DNA of 56,972 nucleotides from a virus (lineage: Duplodnaviria; Caudoviricetes). Position numbers and translations under genes: made by a program. How positions within the stretch are numbered: the stretch's first letter is position 1; every line of letters begins with the position of its first letter. Location of the stretch: positions 1-56,972 of the IMG/VR virus record IMGVR_UViG_3300048837_000350. One strand, given 5' to 3'. Of the stretch, positions 1-8,501 are shown piece by piece. The notes beneath the pieces are model-generated. The model saw only the letters and a program-made list of their open reading frames with translations, had not been told where the DNA came from and did no database searches.

Positions 1-1
1 T

Positions 2-100
2 GTGGAGTTTGATGCTGATAAGACTCCGATGCTTGGCAATCCAGATACGATTGATCCCGCCGTGGTGCGTTTGATTCGCTCGCGTCGTTGGAGGAACTAG
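2..100 (+). CDS. C-terminal end of the Dit-like minor tail protein that starts at 55695 (wraps the window ends)
   Basis: Frame from pos 2 reads VEFDADKTPMLGNPDTIDPAVVRLIRSRRWRN*. Its TAG (98-100) overlaps the GTG of the next gene. In frame with 55695-56972 if the terminal TGTG is merged. Confidence 0.7.
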   Translation: MEFDADKTPMLGNPDTIDPAVVRLIRSRRWRN

Positions 101-1161
101 TGAGCGAGTGCGATCCACGGTATGACGTTACGTACCAGATTGGTGGTTCGTCTACGGTCGCTGCTCCGCAAGGCTTGCGTTCGATTAGTTGGGAGCGCAG
201 GCTAGACGATATTGGTACTGCACGATTCGTGTACGTGAAGAGTGGCCAGACTGATCTGTGTTGTCAGAACATGGGGAAGATTACTCCGTGGCGTGACGCG
301 GTGAACATCGTTCGCGATGGCAGAGTCGTCTGGTTCGGAACAGTCATGGATGTTGAAGAGTCTCGTGACGAGATTGTGATCAATGCTCGCGATCCACTCG
401 TGTGGTTAACGCGTCGTATTGTGCGCTCTAGCTTGCAGTTCACGCAGACTGATCTCACTGATATTGCGCGTCGCATCATTGATGACGTCTTGTCGTACGC
501 GAATCCGTGGGCACCAATCGGATTCAATGTTCAATATCAGCCTAGTGGAGTGTTGAGCGATCTATTGGTTGAGGCTGATAGGTTCCCTCGATACGCGTGG
601 AACGTGTTGACGGAGAAGTTGGCGTCAGGCTTGGATGTCGTGACTGTTGGCAAGACTGCATACTTTGGATCTGCTCCGCCAGCGGCTACTGTTCGTTTGA
701 GCACGAGTGATTTTGAGGGTGATGTTTCTATTCGTAAGGATGGGAACATCTACGCGAATAAGGTGTTTGTTAACGCGAATGATGATGTGCGCGGGGAGTA
801 TCCTACCGCTCCTGCGTCTACTCCATTCTTGGTTGAGAAGATCATTAGCGATGCGCAGATTCAGACGCAGGAAGCTGCGGAGAATCATGCTAAGGCTATG
901 TGGGCGTATAGTGGGCAGCAGGGAGTGCCTGTGATTGTGCAGGCGTCTGACAGCTTGACGCTGAATCCGAATACGCAGATCACGTTGCCGCAGCTAGTTC
1001 CGGGCGCTCAAGTATTGTTGAACGCTGATAACTATTGTTTTGGTCGTTTTCAGGCGTTTAGGCTTGGTCGTGTTGAGGTTGACATCGAGGCGAATATCGA
1101 GAAGATCAGGATATCCCTGCAGCCTGTCGGGCCTCAAGCATTATCAGACGTCAGTGAGTAG
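100..1161 (+). CDS. minor tail (baseplate hub/Tal-like) protein
   Basis: ~353 aa, follows the Dit-like gene. Segments SISWERRLDDIGTA and RDGRVVWFG are typical of actinophage minor tail proteins. GGAGGA SD before GTG100 (ORF track start 88). Confidence 0.65.
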   Translation: MSECDPRYDVTYQIGGSSTVAAPQGLRSISWERRLDDIGTARFVYVKSGQTDLCCQNMGKITPWRDAVNIVRDGRVVWFGTVMDVEESRDEIVINARDPLVWLTRRIVRSSLQFTQTDLTDIARRIIDDVLSYANPWAPIGFNVQYQPSGVLSDLLVEADRFPRYAWNVLTEKLASGLDVVTVGKTAYFGSAPPAATVRLSTSDFEGDVSIRKDGNIYANKVFVNANDDVRGEYPTAPASTPFLVEKIISDAQIQTQEAAENHAKAMWAYSGQQGVPVIVQASDSLTLNPNTQITLPQLVPGAQVLLNADNYCFGRFQAFRLGRVEVDIEANIEKIRISLQPVGPQALSDVSE

Positions 1162-1833
1162 GTAATCGTACTCTCCATTCTTTAGGAAATACCCGGTGTA
1201 GAAGCTACTGCTGATTGCCACTCCAAACTCTGTCGTGCCCCTTCTTGCGAAGAGTGATTTTTTGCACGACTTAAAGTTTATTCCTCCACCACACTCGCCA
1301 AGTTTCTTTGATTGCTCAATCACATCCCTGCTTCTGCAGGCTGTTATTGATTTAGCGTAGTAGTCCCATAGTGACTTGTCTAGCGAGAACATTCCACACC
1401 AATATATCCTTCGAGGAGTGACGATATATCCATCATTGTCGATAGATATGCCCGCATCAAACCTTGTTGATGACACGACTTTTCTTCGTCCTTTTCTCAG
1501 TGAGCAAACGACAGTTGATTTCTTCGACATGCAGCCTTTCTGCTTTTTTCTGCGATGCTTTACCGATCTTGCGTTCAGCCACTTGCACTCGGAGTCGTCT
1601 CCAAGCCTCATCGTTGTGATTGCTGATCCCCTTTTGGATGAACACATATTTGGCTGGATGTATTTTTGTGATGGGAAGTTTTGAGAGAATGTTTCGGGCT
1701 GCATTTCAGGATCGGTTACCCGCATGTCGGAATCGACGTAAAAACCATTCACCAAGCTTTCCCCAGCATGAGCGCTTGACGCTATCACTAGCGTTAGAGT
1801 GATAACAATCAATACTTGCAATAGTAGTTTCAT
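1144..1833 (-). CDS. secreted Cys/Lys-rich protein (moron-like)
   Basis: Signal peptide MKLLLQVLIVITLTLVIASSAHA with AxA site, 8 Cys, basic. Lower GC, antisense to the tail operon. Confidence 0.65.
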   Translation of the reverse strand: MKLLLQVLIVITLTLVIASSAHAGESLVNGFYVDSDMRVTDPEMQPETFSQNFPSQKYIQPNMCSSKRGSAITTMRLGDDSECKWLNARSVKHRRKKQKGCMSKKSTVVCSLRKGRRKVVSSTRFDAGISIDNDGYIVTPRRIYWCGMFSLDKSLWDYYAKSITACRSRDVIEQSKKLGECGGGINFKSCKKSLFARRGTTEFGVAISSSFYTGYFLKNGEYDYLLTDV

Positions 1834-1866
1834 GATATGCCCCATTTGTTCTAGCCCTTACATGTC

Positions 1867-1894
1867 ATGATAGCGCGTGATTACTCTCGCGCAA
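1867..1894 (-). promoter_or_regulatory. SigA-like promoter for the moron gene
   Basis: Reverse complement reads TTGCGC-N16-TATCAT. Confidence 0.4.
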
Positions 1895-2004
1895 GGGGTA
1901 TAATCATGGTTACGAATGGCTCGTCCCGAGGGTTTCCATATTTACATCGGCGTTGCGAATAACCTTTCGTACATCTGACCTACCGAGTTGTAGGAACAGG
2001 ACAT

Positions 2005-2030
2005 GCGCCCTCGGTTCACGCCGGGGGCGC
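2005..2030 (+). terminator. GC-rich hairpin, probable terminator
   Basis: GCGCCCTCGG-TTCACG-CCGGGGGCGC. Confidence 0.55.
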
Positions 2031-2042
2031 TATGCGTTTCGC

Positions 2043-2051
2043 GGCATAATA
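2043..2051 (+). promoter_or_regulatory. late-promoter motif GGCATAATA
   Basis: 7 nt before GTG2059; one of 10 copies. Confidence 0.65.
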
Positions 2052-2058
2052 CGCGCCA

Positions 2059-2247
2059 GTGGAAAGATCACAACCAGATAGACGAATCGAAACCACGATT
2101 AACGACATACTGAAGCGTCTTCGTGTGCTTGAGGAAGTATCAACCAGTCGCGTACTGCCGCCCAACTACGGGTTCCGATTGAACTCGGGTGGGCAACTTG
2201 TGATCTTCAACCGAGCCACTGGCGCAGAGTCATCTGGCATCGTCTAG
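2059..2247 (+). CDS. small virion-associated protein
   Basis: 62 aa with coiled-coil ILKRLRVLEE, in the tail module. Confidence 0.6.
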   Translation: MERSQPDRRIETTINDILKRLRVLEEVSTSRVLPPNYGFRLNSGGQLVIFNRATGAESSGIV

Positions 2248-2259
2248 GAGGACGACATA

Positions 2260-2484
2260 GTGAGTGAAGATACTGTAGAAGAGAATACTGAAGCATTGAA
2301 GACCGTGAAGCCTCGCAAGACGCCGATCACCCCAGAGCCTGTGAAGACTATTAAGGTTGAGGCTGTTCAGAGCTTTGGCTCTGCTGAGACTGGAGATATT
2401 CGCAGGGGAGAGCAGGCTGTATTGACTCGATCTAAGACCGTGACTTCTCTTGTTAATGCCGGGTATTTGCTAGAGGTTAAGTAA
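2260..2484 (+). CDS. hypothetical protein
   Basis: 74 aa, AGGAGG SD. Confidence 0.65.
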   Translation: MSEDTVEENTEALKTVKPRKTPITPEPVKTIKVEAVQSFGSAETGDIRRGEQAVLTRSKTVTSLVNAGYLLEVK

Positions 2485-2485
2485 C

Positions 2486-2833
2486 TTGGCTTGCTCGTCG
2501 TGTGGTCAGAGGGCAAGGATCGCAGGCTTGTCTGCCGCGAATCCTCTTACTATCGGCAATGCCGATGATTCTGCCGCGCTTCCATATCGCGTTGCGGAGC
2601 AGGGTGCTGCTGGCAGTTTGCCTGTTGGTACTAGGGTGTGGATCACTGGTGATGGTGTTGCGGAGGCAATCGAGAAGGGATTGTTCGCCGATAGTCCTCC
2701 TATGACGTATTCCCATGATGGCAATCAGCCGAATACGATCTACTGGGTAGGGACTAGGGGCTTCACGAATCTTGCTCGAGCGGAAGCTGTTAGCGCTAAG
2801 ACTGGCATTGAGATTAGGACGGAGTCTAGGTAA
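2486..2833 (+). CDS. hypothetical virion protein (MACSSCG N-terminus)
   Basis: 115 aa, TAATG coupling to the next gene. Confidence 0.6.
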   Translation: MACSSCGQRARIAGLSAANPLTIGNADDSAALPYRVAEQGAAGSLPVGTRVWITGDGVAEAIEKGLFADSPPMTYSHDGNQPNTIYWVGTRGFTNLARAEAVSAKTGIEIRTESR

Positions 2834-3627
2834 TGGCTATACCAGCTTGCGTAGATCCTAATGCCTGTGGCACTAATGTCACGTTCAATACGAGCGGTAT
2901 TCGTGTTGACGTTGAGCTTGATAACTCTGGCTGTGGCATAGACCTTAGCTGTAGCGCTGCTGGCGTTCGCGCTGATGTGAGGGCTGCTACTCCAGCAATA
3001 CTTGCTAATCAGGGTGGCATAGGATGTGATGCTGGAACACGCTCAATGTATGTTCGGAGGTATGGAAGCTCTGCGGCATCGAGTCCGGGTAACTGCTACG
3101 ACCCAATAAATGTTGATCCGTCAGGCGAGCTTTGGACGCCCAAGACATTGGTGAGGAATGATGGGTTGGGTGATATGACACCCATCAATGTGCCCGCCAC
3201 CGGAGATCCCGTGCAGGTTGTTAACCTAGGATCAATAGATAATGATACGTCGTGCCCCGAGACTTGGCTTATCAAGGCTAAGTGTTCACTTAATGTTGAG
3301 CGTCAGTCTGTTGCTAACCCATGCGTTCCGCCAGAGGCAGACTTTGTTGGACTTGCATTTGCTTGTGTAGAAATGCGATTGCGCGAGACTGTTACCGTAA
3401 ACGACTTTACCACTAGGATAACAGCAGCTTGGGATGCTAGCGCTGGCAACCCATCAGTATCTCAGGATGTATGGATATCTACTGTTATCAACGTGCCAGC
3501 CGGTGGCGTTAGGACTTTTCAGGCGAGGTTCGACACCATAGCGAGATCAGGAATAAGAACTTGCCTTGATCCCATTACGAATAATGTTTCCATTCAGGGA
3601 CTGCAAGTAATCAGGATGTTCAACTAA
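2833..3627 (+). CDS. minor tail/fibre-like protein, paralog A1
   Basis: 264 aa, Cys- and beta-rich. Shares SGCGIDL and DxSGxLWxP with 3627-4355. Confidence 0.55.
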   Translation: MAIPACVDPNACGTNVTFNTSGIRVDVELDNSGCGIDLSCSAAGVRADVRAATPAILANQGGIGCDAGTRSMYVRRYGSSAASSPGNCYDPINVDPSGELWTPKTLVRNDGLGDMTPINVPATGDPVQVVNLGSIDNDTSCPETWLIKAKCSLNVERQSVANPCVPPEADFVGLAFACVEMRLRETVTVNDFTTRITAAWDASAGNPSVSQDVWISTVINVPAGGVRTFQARFDTIARSGIRTCLDPITNNVSIQGLQVIRMFN

Positions 3628-4355
3628 TGGCCGATCTCCTACTCTGTCTCGACTCTGGGTGTGGCATTGACCTCACTAATAACAGTGGTCGCCTTGGCGC
3701 TGCGATACGCGCAGACTCTTCACGCGCACTGAAGTGTGACGGCACTACGCGTAACCTCTATGTTGGTACGCGTAACTATGCTGGGCAAGTCAATCCCAAC
3801 GCGGAACAGGATTGTAGCAATCAGCTAAGGATTGATGGTAGTGGAAATCTTTGGGTTCCTCCTACCATCGGCGCTTGTGATATCACTCTTCCGGACACGA
3901 GCTTCCTTGACTTGCCGGGTCCGGGGTCAGATGATCGCGACGCTGATTATGACGTGTATACGAACACGTCTGGTTGTACCCTGATGCTTCTATGGAAGTA
4001 CGATGTTCAAGTCAACGTACAGGCCGCTGCCGGGTTCACGACTGGTGATGTATTGCATTGGTCTGGTCTTATCTCTGTAGAGAATATGGGTGGCGGCGTT
4101 GGTACGTACCCTGCGAGTATCCGCAGGACTGTCCAAGCTCCGTTTAGCAGTGGCGGTATTGGCGCTGGAGACTCGTATCGTGAGTGGTTCCAGATAAGCG
4201 GATTCCATATTTTGAACGCTGGCCAGACTATGCGGCATAGGCGTGTCGTGTATGGAGCGAGCAAGAACGCTCAGGTTGCCGCTGCTACGAGCGCTGATAA
4301 CGGTATCGCTTTCACGAATGGCGGCGTTATGGTTTCATACGGAATACAGGTATAG
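3627..4355 (+). CDS. minor tail/fibre-like protein, paralog A2
   Basis: 242 aa, LDSGCGIDL...IDGSGNLWVP. Confidence 0.55.
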   Translation: MADLLLCLDSGCGIDLTNNSGRLGAAIRADSSRALKCDGTTRNLYVGTRNYAGQVNPNAEQDCSNQLRIDGSGNLWVPPTIGACDITLPDTSFLDLPGPGSDDRDADYDVYTNTSGCTLMLLWKYDVQVNVQAAAGFTTGDVLHWSGLISVENMGGGVGTYPASIRRTVQAPFSSGGIGAGDSYREWFQISGFHILNAGQTMRHRRVVYGASKNAQVAAATSADNGIAFTNGGVMVSYGIQV

Positions 4356-4358
4356 CTT

Positions 4359-5726
4359 GTGGCTTGTGGATGCCCCTCAGAGCAGTGTACTTGCTTCCTA
4401 AACGGTGACGCGTTCACTGGAGGGAATGGTAGCGCTGGGACTCCATACACTGTAGAGAACCTTCCGTTCGCTCCGACGAGTCCCACGAATAGCGTAACGA
4501 TCACACCGGGTGGAGTTAAGAATCACACACCGGCTATTGACGTGGCACTCTCGAGTGATCCTACGAACGCTATTCAGTATGACGCTGATGGCTTGCTAGT
4601 TGATCCATGCGACATGGTTGACATTGTTGCTACGGAGAACGCACTAACGTGTGGTCCTGATGGACTCTTGGTTGATCGCTGCGATATCTTGACGCCTACG
4701 ACGCAGGCTGTGGGAGACTTGCTGATTGCTGGTCCTGATTGCACTGCACAGGTGATGGCTGATCCTGCTGCTGGTGATCAGATCATTGCTGCGCTTGGTG
4801 GTCAGTGGGGTCAGCGTCCGTTGCTGTCTGCTGATGGTGGTAACGCTTCGAGTATTGGTAGTGATGGTGGTATCTTTAGCCCATCGTTTGGCGCTGCTGC
4901 GCCTACGTTTGGTGTTCAGTACTTTAGCGCTACCGATACAATCGTTGCAGCCGATGGGCCGATTGTTGTCTACAATGGTGTTGGAGGCCACGACCTGACT
5001 CTCCCTCCTGCGGTTATCGGCCTATCGTTCGATGTGTACCACGAGGGTATTGCTGGGCCAGTAAACATACTGTCTGATGCTGGCGATTCCATACTGGTTG
5101 AGGGATATGTTTTTGGACAGACTGATTTTGGTATTCCGTCCGGAGTCAGCTATCGTCTTATAGCTATCTCTGCCACTGAGTGGCGTGCTGAATATATGGG
5201 CGAGAGGTATACGCTCGGCGTCAGCCAGCTTCCTACTAACGCTTTGCCGGGTTGCAAGGTCAGGCTTATCTGGGCTGCTGGCGGCAGTGGCGCTGTTATG
5301 GGTACTTTTGAAACTAAGGATTATGGAAACACGTGGATGCACACTGGAGGCCCGGCTGCGTGGGATGCTGATGGCTCTACGGAAGCTTCCCTGTCTAGTG
5401 TTTATGTCAACCTTGGAGCTAATAATCCAGAGATTGATGTGTTCGCTCCCGGATCTTTCCACTGCATAGTCCAAGCCCAGTCTTCAAATAACACTATTCA
5501 AGGATTCACATTTTCGGCCATTGATCCTCCTTCTGCTGCCGCCAATGATCTGTATGAGGCTTTGTTCTGTTCGACCATAGCTAATGTAGCTGGCCATTCT
5601 AGGTCTGGTCGTATCATTGTTGACGCTGCTGCGGGGATCTATCGCATGGCTAATCGCGTGAACTTCGGTACAGGATCTTGGACTGATCGTCGCATAGAGA
5701 TTATCCCAGAATACATAGAGAGCTAG
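4359..5726 (+). CDS. tail fibre/receptor-binding-like protein, paralog B1
   Basis: 455 aa. The N-terminal ~175 aa (MACGCP..QCTC...) is near-collinear with 5733-6914; the C-terminus is unrelated. Confidence 0.6.
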   Translation: MACGCPSEQCTCFLNGDAFTGGNGSAGTPYTVENLPFAPTSPTNSVTITPGGVKNHTPAIDVALSSDPTNAIQYDADGLLVDPCDMVDIVATENALTCGPDGLLVDRCDILTPTTQAVGDLLIAGPDCTAQVMADPAAGDQIIAALGGQWGQRPLLSADGGNASSIGSDGGIFSPSFGAAAPTFGVQYFSATDTIVAADGPIVVYNGVGGHDLTLPPAVIGLSFDVYHEGIAGPVNILSDAGDSILVEGYVFGQTDFGIPSGVSYRLIAISATEWRAEYMGERYTLGVSQLPTNALPGCKVRLIWAAGGSGAVMGTFETKDYGNTWMHTGGPAAWDADGSTEASLSSVYVNLGANNPEIDVFAPGSFHCIVQAQSSNNTIQGFTFSAIDPPSAAANDLYEALFCSTIANVAGHSRSGRIIVDAAAGIYRMANRVNFGTGSWTDRRIEIIPEYIES

Positions 5727-5732
5727 GTAGCT

Positions 5733-6914
5733 ATGGCTTGCGGATGCCCAGCAGATCAATGTACATGCGTCATGAGTGGCGATGCCTACACGGGCGGGTC
5801 TGGTAACGCGTCAGACCCATTCGTGGTCGAGAACACTCCGTTCGCTCCGACCAGTCCACTCAACTCGATACAGTTCACTCCGGGTGGCGTTAAGAACCAT
5901 AGTCCCGGTATTGATGTTCAGCTTTCTGCAGAGCCGAATAATGGTTTGAGCTATGAGGCTGATGGACTCATGGTTGATCCCTGCGATCTGATTAGTGCTG
6001 ATGTTGATAATAAGCTGACGTGTGTTGCTGATGGCTTGAAGGTTGATGCGTGTGACATTGTCACTGCTACGCAGCAGGCTGTTGGTGATCTTGTTATTGC
6101 CGGGCCTGATTGTACGACTCAGTTGATGGCTGATCCGACTGACATCAATCAGATCATTGGTGCAGAGTCTGGGCAGTGGGGTCAGCGCCCGCTGGTTAGT
6201 AGCGATGCTGGCAACGACTTGACTGTCGGTACTGATGGTGGAGTATTTGGCGACTTTGGCACTATTGTTCTTGATGAGATTCAGCGCTGCGATATTTTTG
6301 ATGTAGCCACGACGCAGAACTCCGGGAACATCTTTATTCAGGGTGGCTTAGATTGTCGCCCAGAGCTACTGCGCGATCCGGCAGTATGCGAGATCATTGG
6401 AAACGCTGCCGGTAATGCTGGGTGGATTACTCCAACTGGAGCAGCGGTTCTTCGTCAAAACGCGCAAACCTATGGGCCATTCAATGTTGCCGGTCCCGCG
6501 TCCACATCAGGTCCGATTGTAGCTTGGACCATCACCAATACGAGGGACTGCCCAGTATTAGTTGTTCACGATCACATTTACGAGGAATCAATAGCGATCA
6601 CGGCTGCTGGCACGCTAAGGGTTGATACTACTAACAACTACCAGCTTCAGGCAGATAGGAATCAGGCTGGCGGGGTTCAGGCCATGGCTACCGTTGACAC
6701 TCGAGGCTTAAGCACGTACTCGTATGATGCTGATACAGCCCTTAATAAAACGATATTTAACACAGGATTTCAGAAGTATGTTCATCGGCTTAATGCTGGC
6801 GACACAGTAACCATACAAATCGTTATTGGATTCTCGAACTTTGTCGGCAATACGGCGCAACTGATCACGTATGCAAAGCAGTTTGCCACCGTATACCCAC
6901 TCCTATCAGTGTAG
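5733..6914 (+). CDS. tail fibre/receptor-binding-like protein, paralog B2
   Basis: 393 aa, same N-terminal module, internal VDxCD repeats. Confidence 0.6.
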   Translation: MACGCPADQCTCVMSGDAYTGGSGNASDPFVVENTPFAPTSPLNSIQFTPGGVKNHSPGIDVQLSAEPNNGLSYEADGLMVDPCDLISADVDNKLTCVADGLKVDACDIVTATQQAVGDLVIAGPDCTTQLMADPTDINQIIGAESGQWGQRPLVSSDAGNDLTVGTDGGVFGDFGTIVLDEIQRCDIFDVATTQNSGNIFIQGGLDCRPELLRDPAVCEIIGNAAGNAGWITPTGAAVLRQNAQTYGPFNVAGPASTSGPIVAWTITNTRDCPVLVVHDHIYEESIAITAAGTLRVDTTNNYQLQADRNQAGGVQAMATVDTRGLSTYSYDADTALNKTIFNTGFQKYVHRLNAGDTVTIQIVIGFSNFVGNTAQLITYAKQFATVYPLLSV

Positions 6915-6920
6915 GAAATC

Positions 6921-7166
6921 ATGACAGATCACTACTATGCAAACATCATGGGATTCCCAATATCTTCGAGCGTTGAGATTGATGATGACTTTAATACAGA
7001 GATCACAGAGTCAGAGTACAACAATCTCGTAGAGAATCCACCTCTTCTCGAGTCCACGCCACTCGACCCATCGCTCATTCCACCAGAGCTTACCCCACTC
7101 GAGAAGCTTGAATCTATTGGCCTGTCAGTCGAAGAGCTAAGGACGCTACTTAATGAAGATGCCTAA
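6921..7166 (+). CDS. small acidic protein, possible fibre chaperone
   Basis: 81 aa, directly after the fibre genes. Confidence 0.5.
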   Translation: MTDHYYANIMGFPISSSVEIDDDFNTEITESEYNNLVENPPLLESTPLDPSLIPPELTPLEKLESIGLSVEELRTLLNEDA

Positions 7167-7374
7167 CATAACGCAATCACAAGCTGCTGCGCTATTACAA
7201 TCATTTACTGCTGTTGTAATAGCGTTCACCGCTGACATCACTGAGGAGCAGTCGATTGCTCTCCTAGGATTATCCGCAGTGATAGGCGGAATCCTGATGC
7301 ATAGTGACGCGAAGATTCGTAAGGCTCGGAATAAGCGATTGTCTGGGCAGAATACTACTCAGAACGACGAGTAG
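7159..7374 (+). CDS. putative holin
   Basis: Two hydrophobic segments and a basic C-terminus, immediately upstream of the endolysin. Confidence 0.6.
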   Translation: MPNITQSQAAALLQSFTAVVIAFTADITEEQSIALLGLSAVIGGILMHSDAKIRKARNKRLSGQNTTQNDE

Positions 7375-7383
7375 GATTCTCTC

Positions 7384-7845
7384 TTGGCGAAGTACGGTAA
7401 GAACGGTAAAGTCGGCCCTGTAGGACGTATAAGCTGGGCAGAGCTTGAGTGTACCGATGGTACCGATGTTCCACGCGCATACCGCGATGACGCTGTCGTA
7501 CTCGGCAAGGCACTCAATAAGGTGCGTAGCAAGATCGCGAAGCACTACAAGGTCAAGGATAGTGACGTAGTCGTCAAGATCAACTCTGGCTATCGCTCGC
7601 CACGATATAACCGTAAGATCGGTGGAGCTTCAAATAGTCAGCACTTGTATGCTCGAGCGGCTGATACGCAGTGGTATGTGAAGGGTAAGCGTCTAGGCAA
7701 TAACGCTGTCGCGAACTTCGCTGCTCAGGTGAAAGAGTTTAAGCGTGGAGGCATCGGCATCTACGATAAGAAGCATGGGAACTTTGTTCACCTAGACGTG
7801 CGTGGCGAGTACGGCAATCCCAGCGCACGATGGTATAACCAGTAG
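7384..7845 (+). CDS. peptidase M15A-type endolysin
   Basis: INSGYRS..YN..IGGASNSQHLY..AAD and GIGIY....FVHLDVRG zinc-peptidase motifs. Confidence 0.9.
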   Translation: MAKYGKNGKVGPVGRISWAELECTDGTDVPRAYRDDAVVLGKALNKVRSKIAKHYKVKDSDVVVKINSGYRSPRYNRKIGGASNSQHLYARAADTQWYVKGKRLGNNAVANFAAQVKEFKRGGIGIYDKKHGNFVHLDVRGEYGNPSARWYNQ

Positions 7846-7847
7846 CC

Positions 7848-8069
7848 ATGAATCCTCCCGCTCCCCACGAATCTGAGGATCTCGTCGCGTACCGTATTAA
7901 GGTTCTCGAGGATAATCATGCTGCTCTGGCGGAATCCTTGGATGGGTTGAATGATGGATTCCGCGAGTTTCGTGTCAAGGCTGAAACGTACGCTAAGGCC
8001 GCGTTGATAGTATTCGGCGTTGTACATCCAGTTCTAGTTGGAGTCGTCGTATATGGCCTTACACGATAA
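7848..8069 (+). CDS. small coiled-coil plus TM membrane protein (lysis accessory)
   Basis: Coiled coil followed by a C-terminal hydrophobic helix. Confidence 0.6.
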   Translation: MNPPAPHESEDLVAYRIKVLEDNHAALAESLDGLNDGFREFRVKAETYAKAALIVFGVVHPVLVGVVVYGLTR

Positions 8070-8268
8070 TCAGAGGCGCAAGGATAACTGTCCTAAGTGT
8101 GCGCGATACTCGTGGGACGCGACAGACTCGTATTGCATGTACTGTGACTATCCGGAAGTACTCGAGCAGCGTCGCTTAGAGAATGTTGGTGGGAAGAATC
8201 GTCGGATTCGTATGAAGAAGCCTACCGAGAAGGACATGATCTACTTGAAAGAGAAGCATGGATCATGA
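8053..8268 (+). CDS. small zinc-ribbon protein
   Basis: CPKC...CMYC. Confidence 0.55.
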   Translation: MALHDNQRRKDNCPKCARYSWDATDSYCMYCDYPEVLEQRRLENVGGKNRRIRMKKPTEKDMIYLKEKHGS

Positions 8269-8477
8269 TGCCGGATCGCGCTCGCACCATGCTGGAGTAT
8301 CTACTCGTCAGATTCGACGGGGATGCGGTAGACGCGCAAAGGATAGCGAGCGCTGGTGCGGAACACAACGACTGGTACGCAGGTTATGCTGCCGGACTAA
8401 GGGCTGGCCAGAGTCTGGTTGCAGATTCCGTTAGGTACCTAGATAACGTCGCTTCTGGTTGGAGCGAACAGTCTTAG
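8265..8477 (+). CDS. hypothetical protein
   Basis: 70 aa, ATGA overlap. Confidence 0.55.
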   Translation: MMPDRARTMLEYLLVRFDGDAVDAQRIASAGAEHNDWYAGYAAGLRAGQSLVADSVRYLDNVASGWSEQS

Positions 8478-8501
8478 TGGCACGACGCCGTAAGAACTGG
8501 G

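Noticed and set aside
4359-6914. Diversity-generating retroelement or invertible tail-fibre switch
   Set aside because: No reverse transcriptase or invertase, similarity is N-terminal and not adenine-specific, and the genes are co-oriented.
7832-7840. GGTATAACC as an eleventh late motif before ATG7848
   Set aside because: Spacing fits (7 nt), but it has three mismatches to the consensus and lies inside the endolysin coding end.
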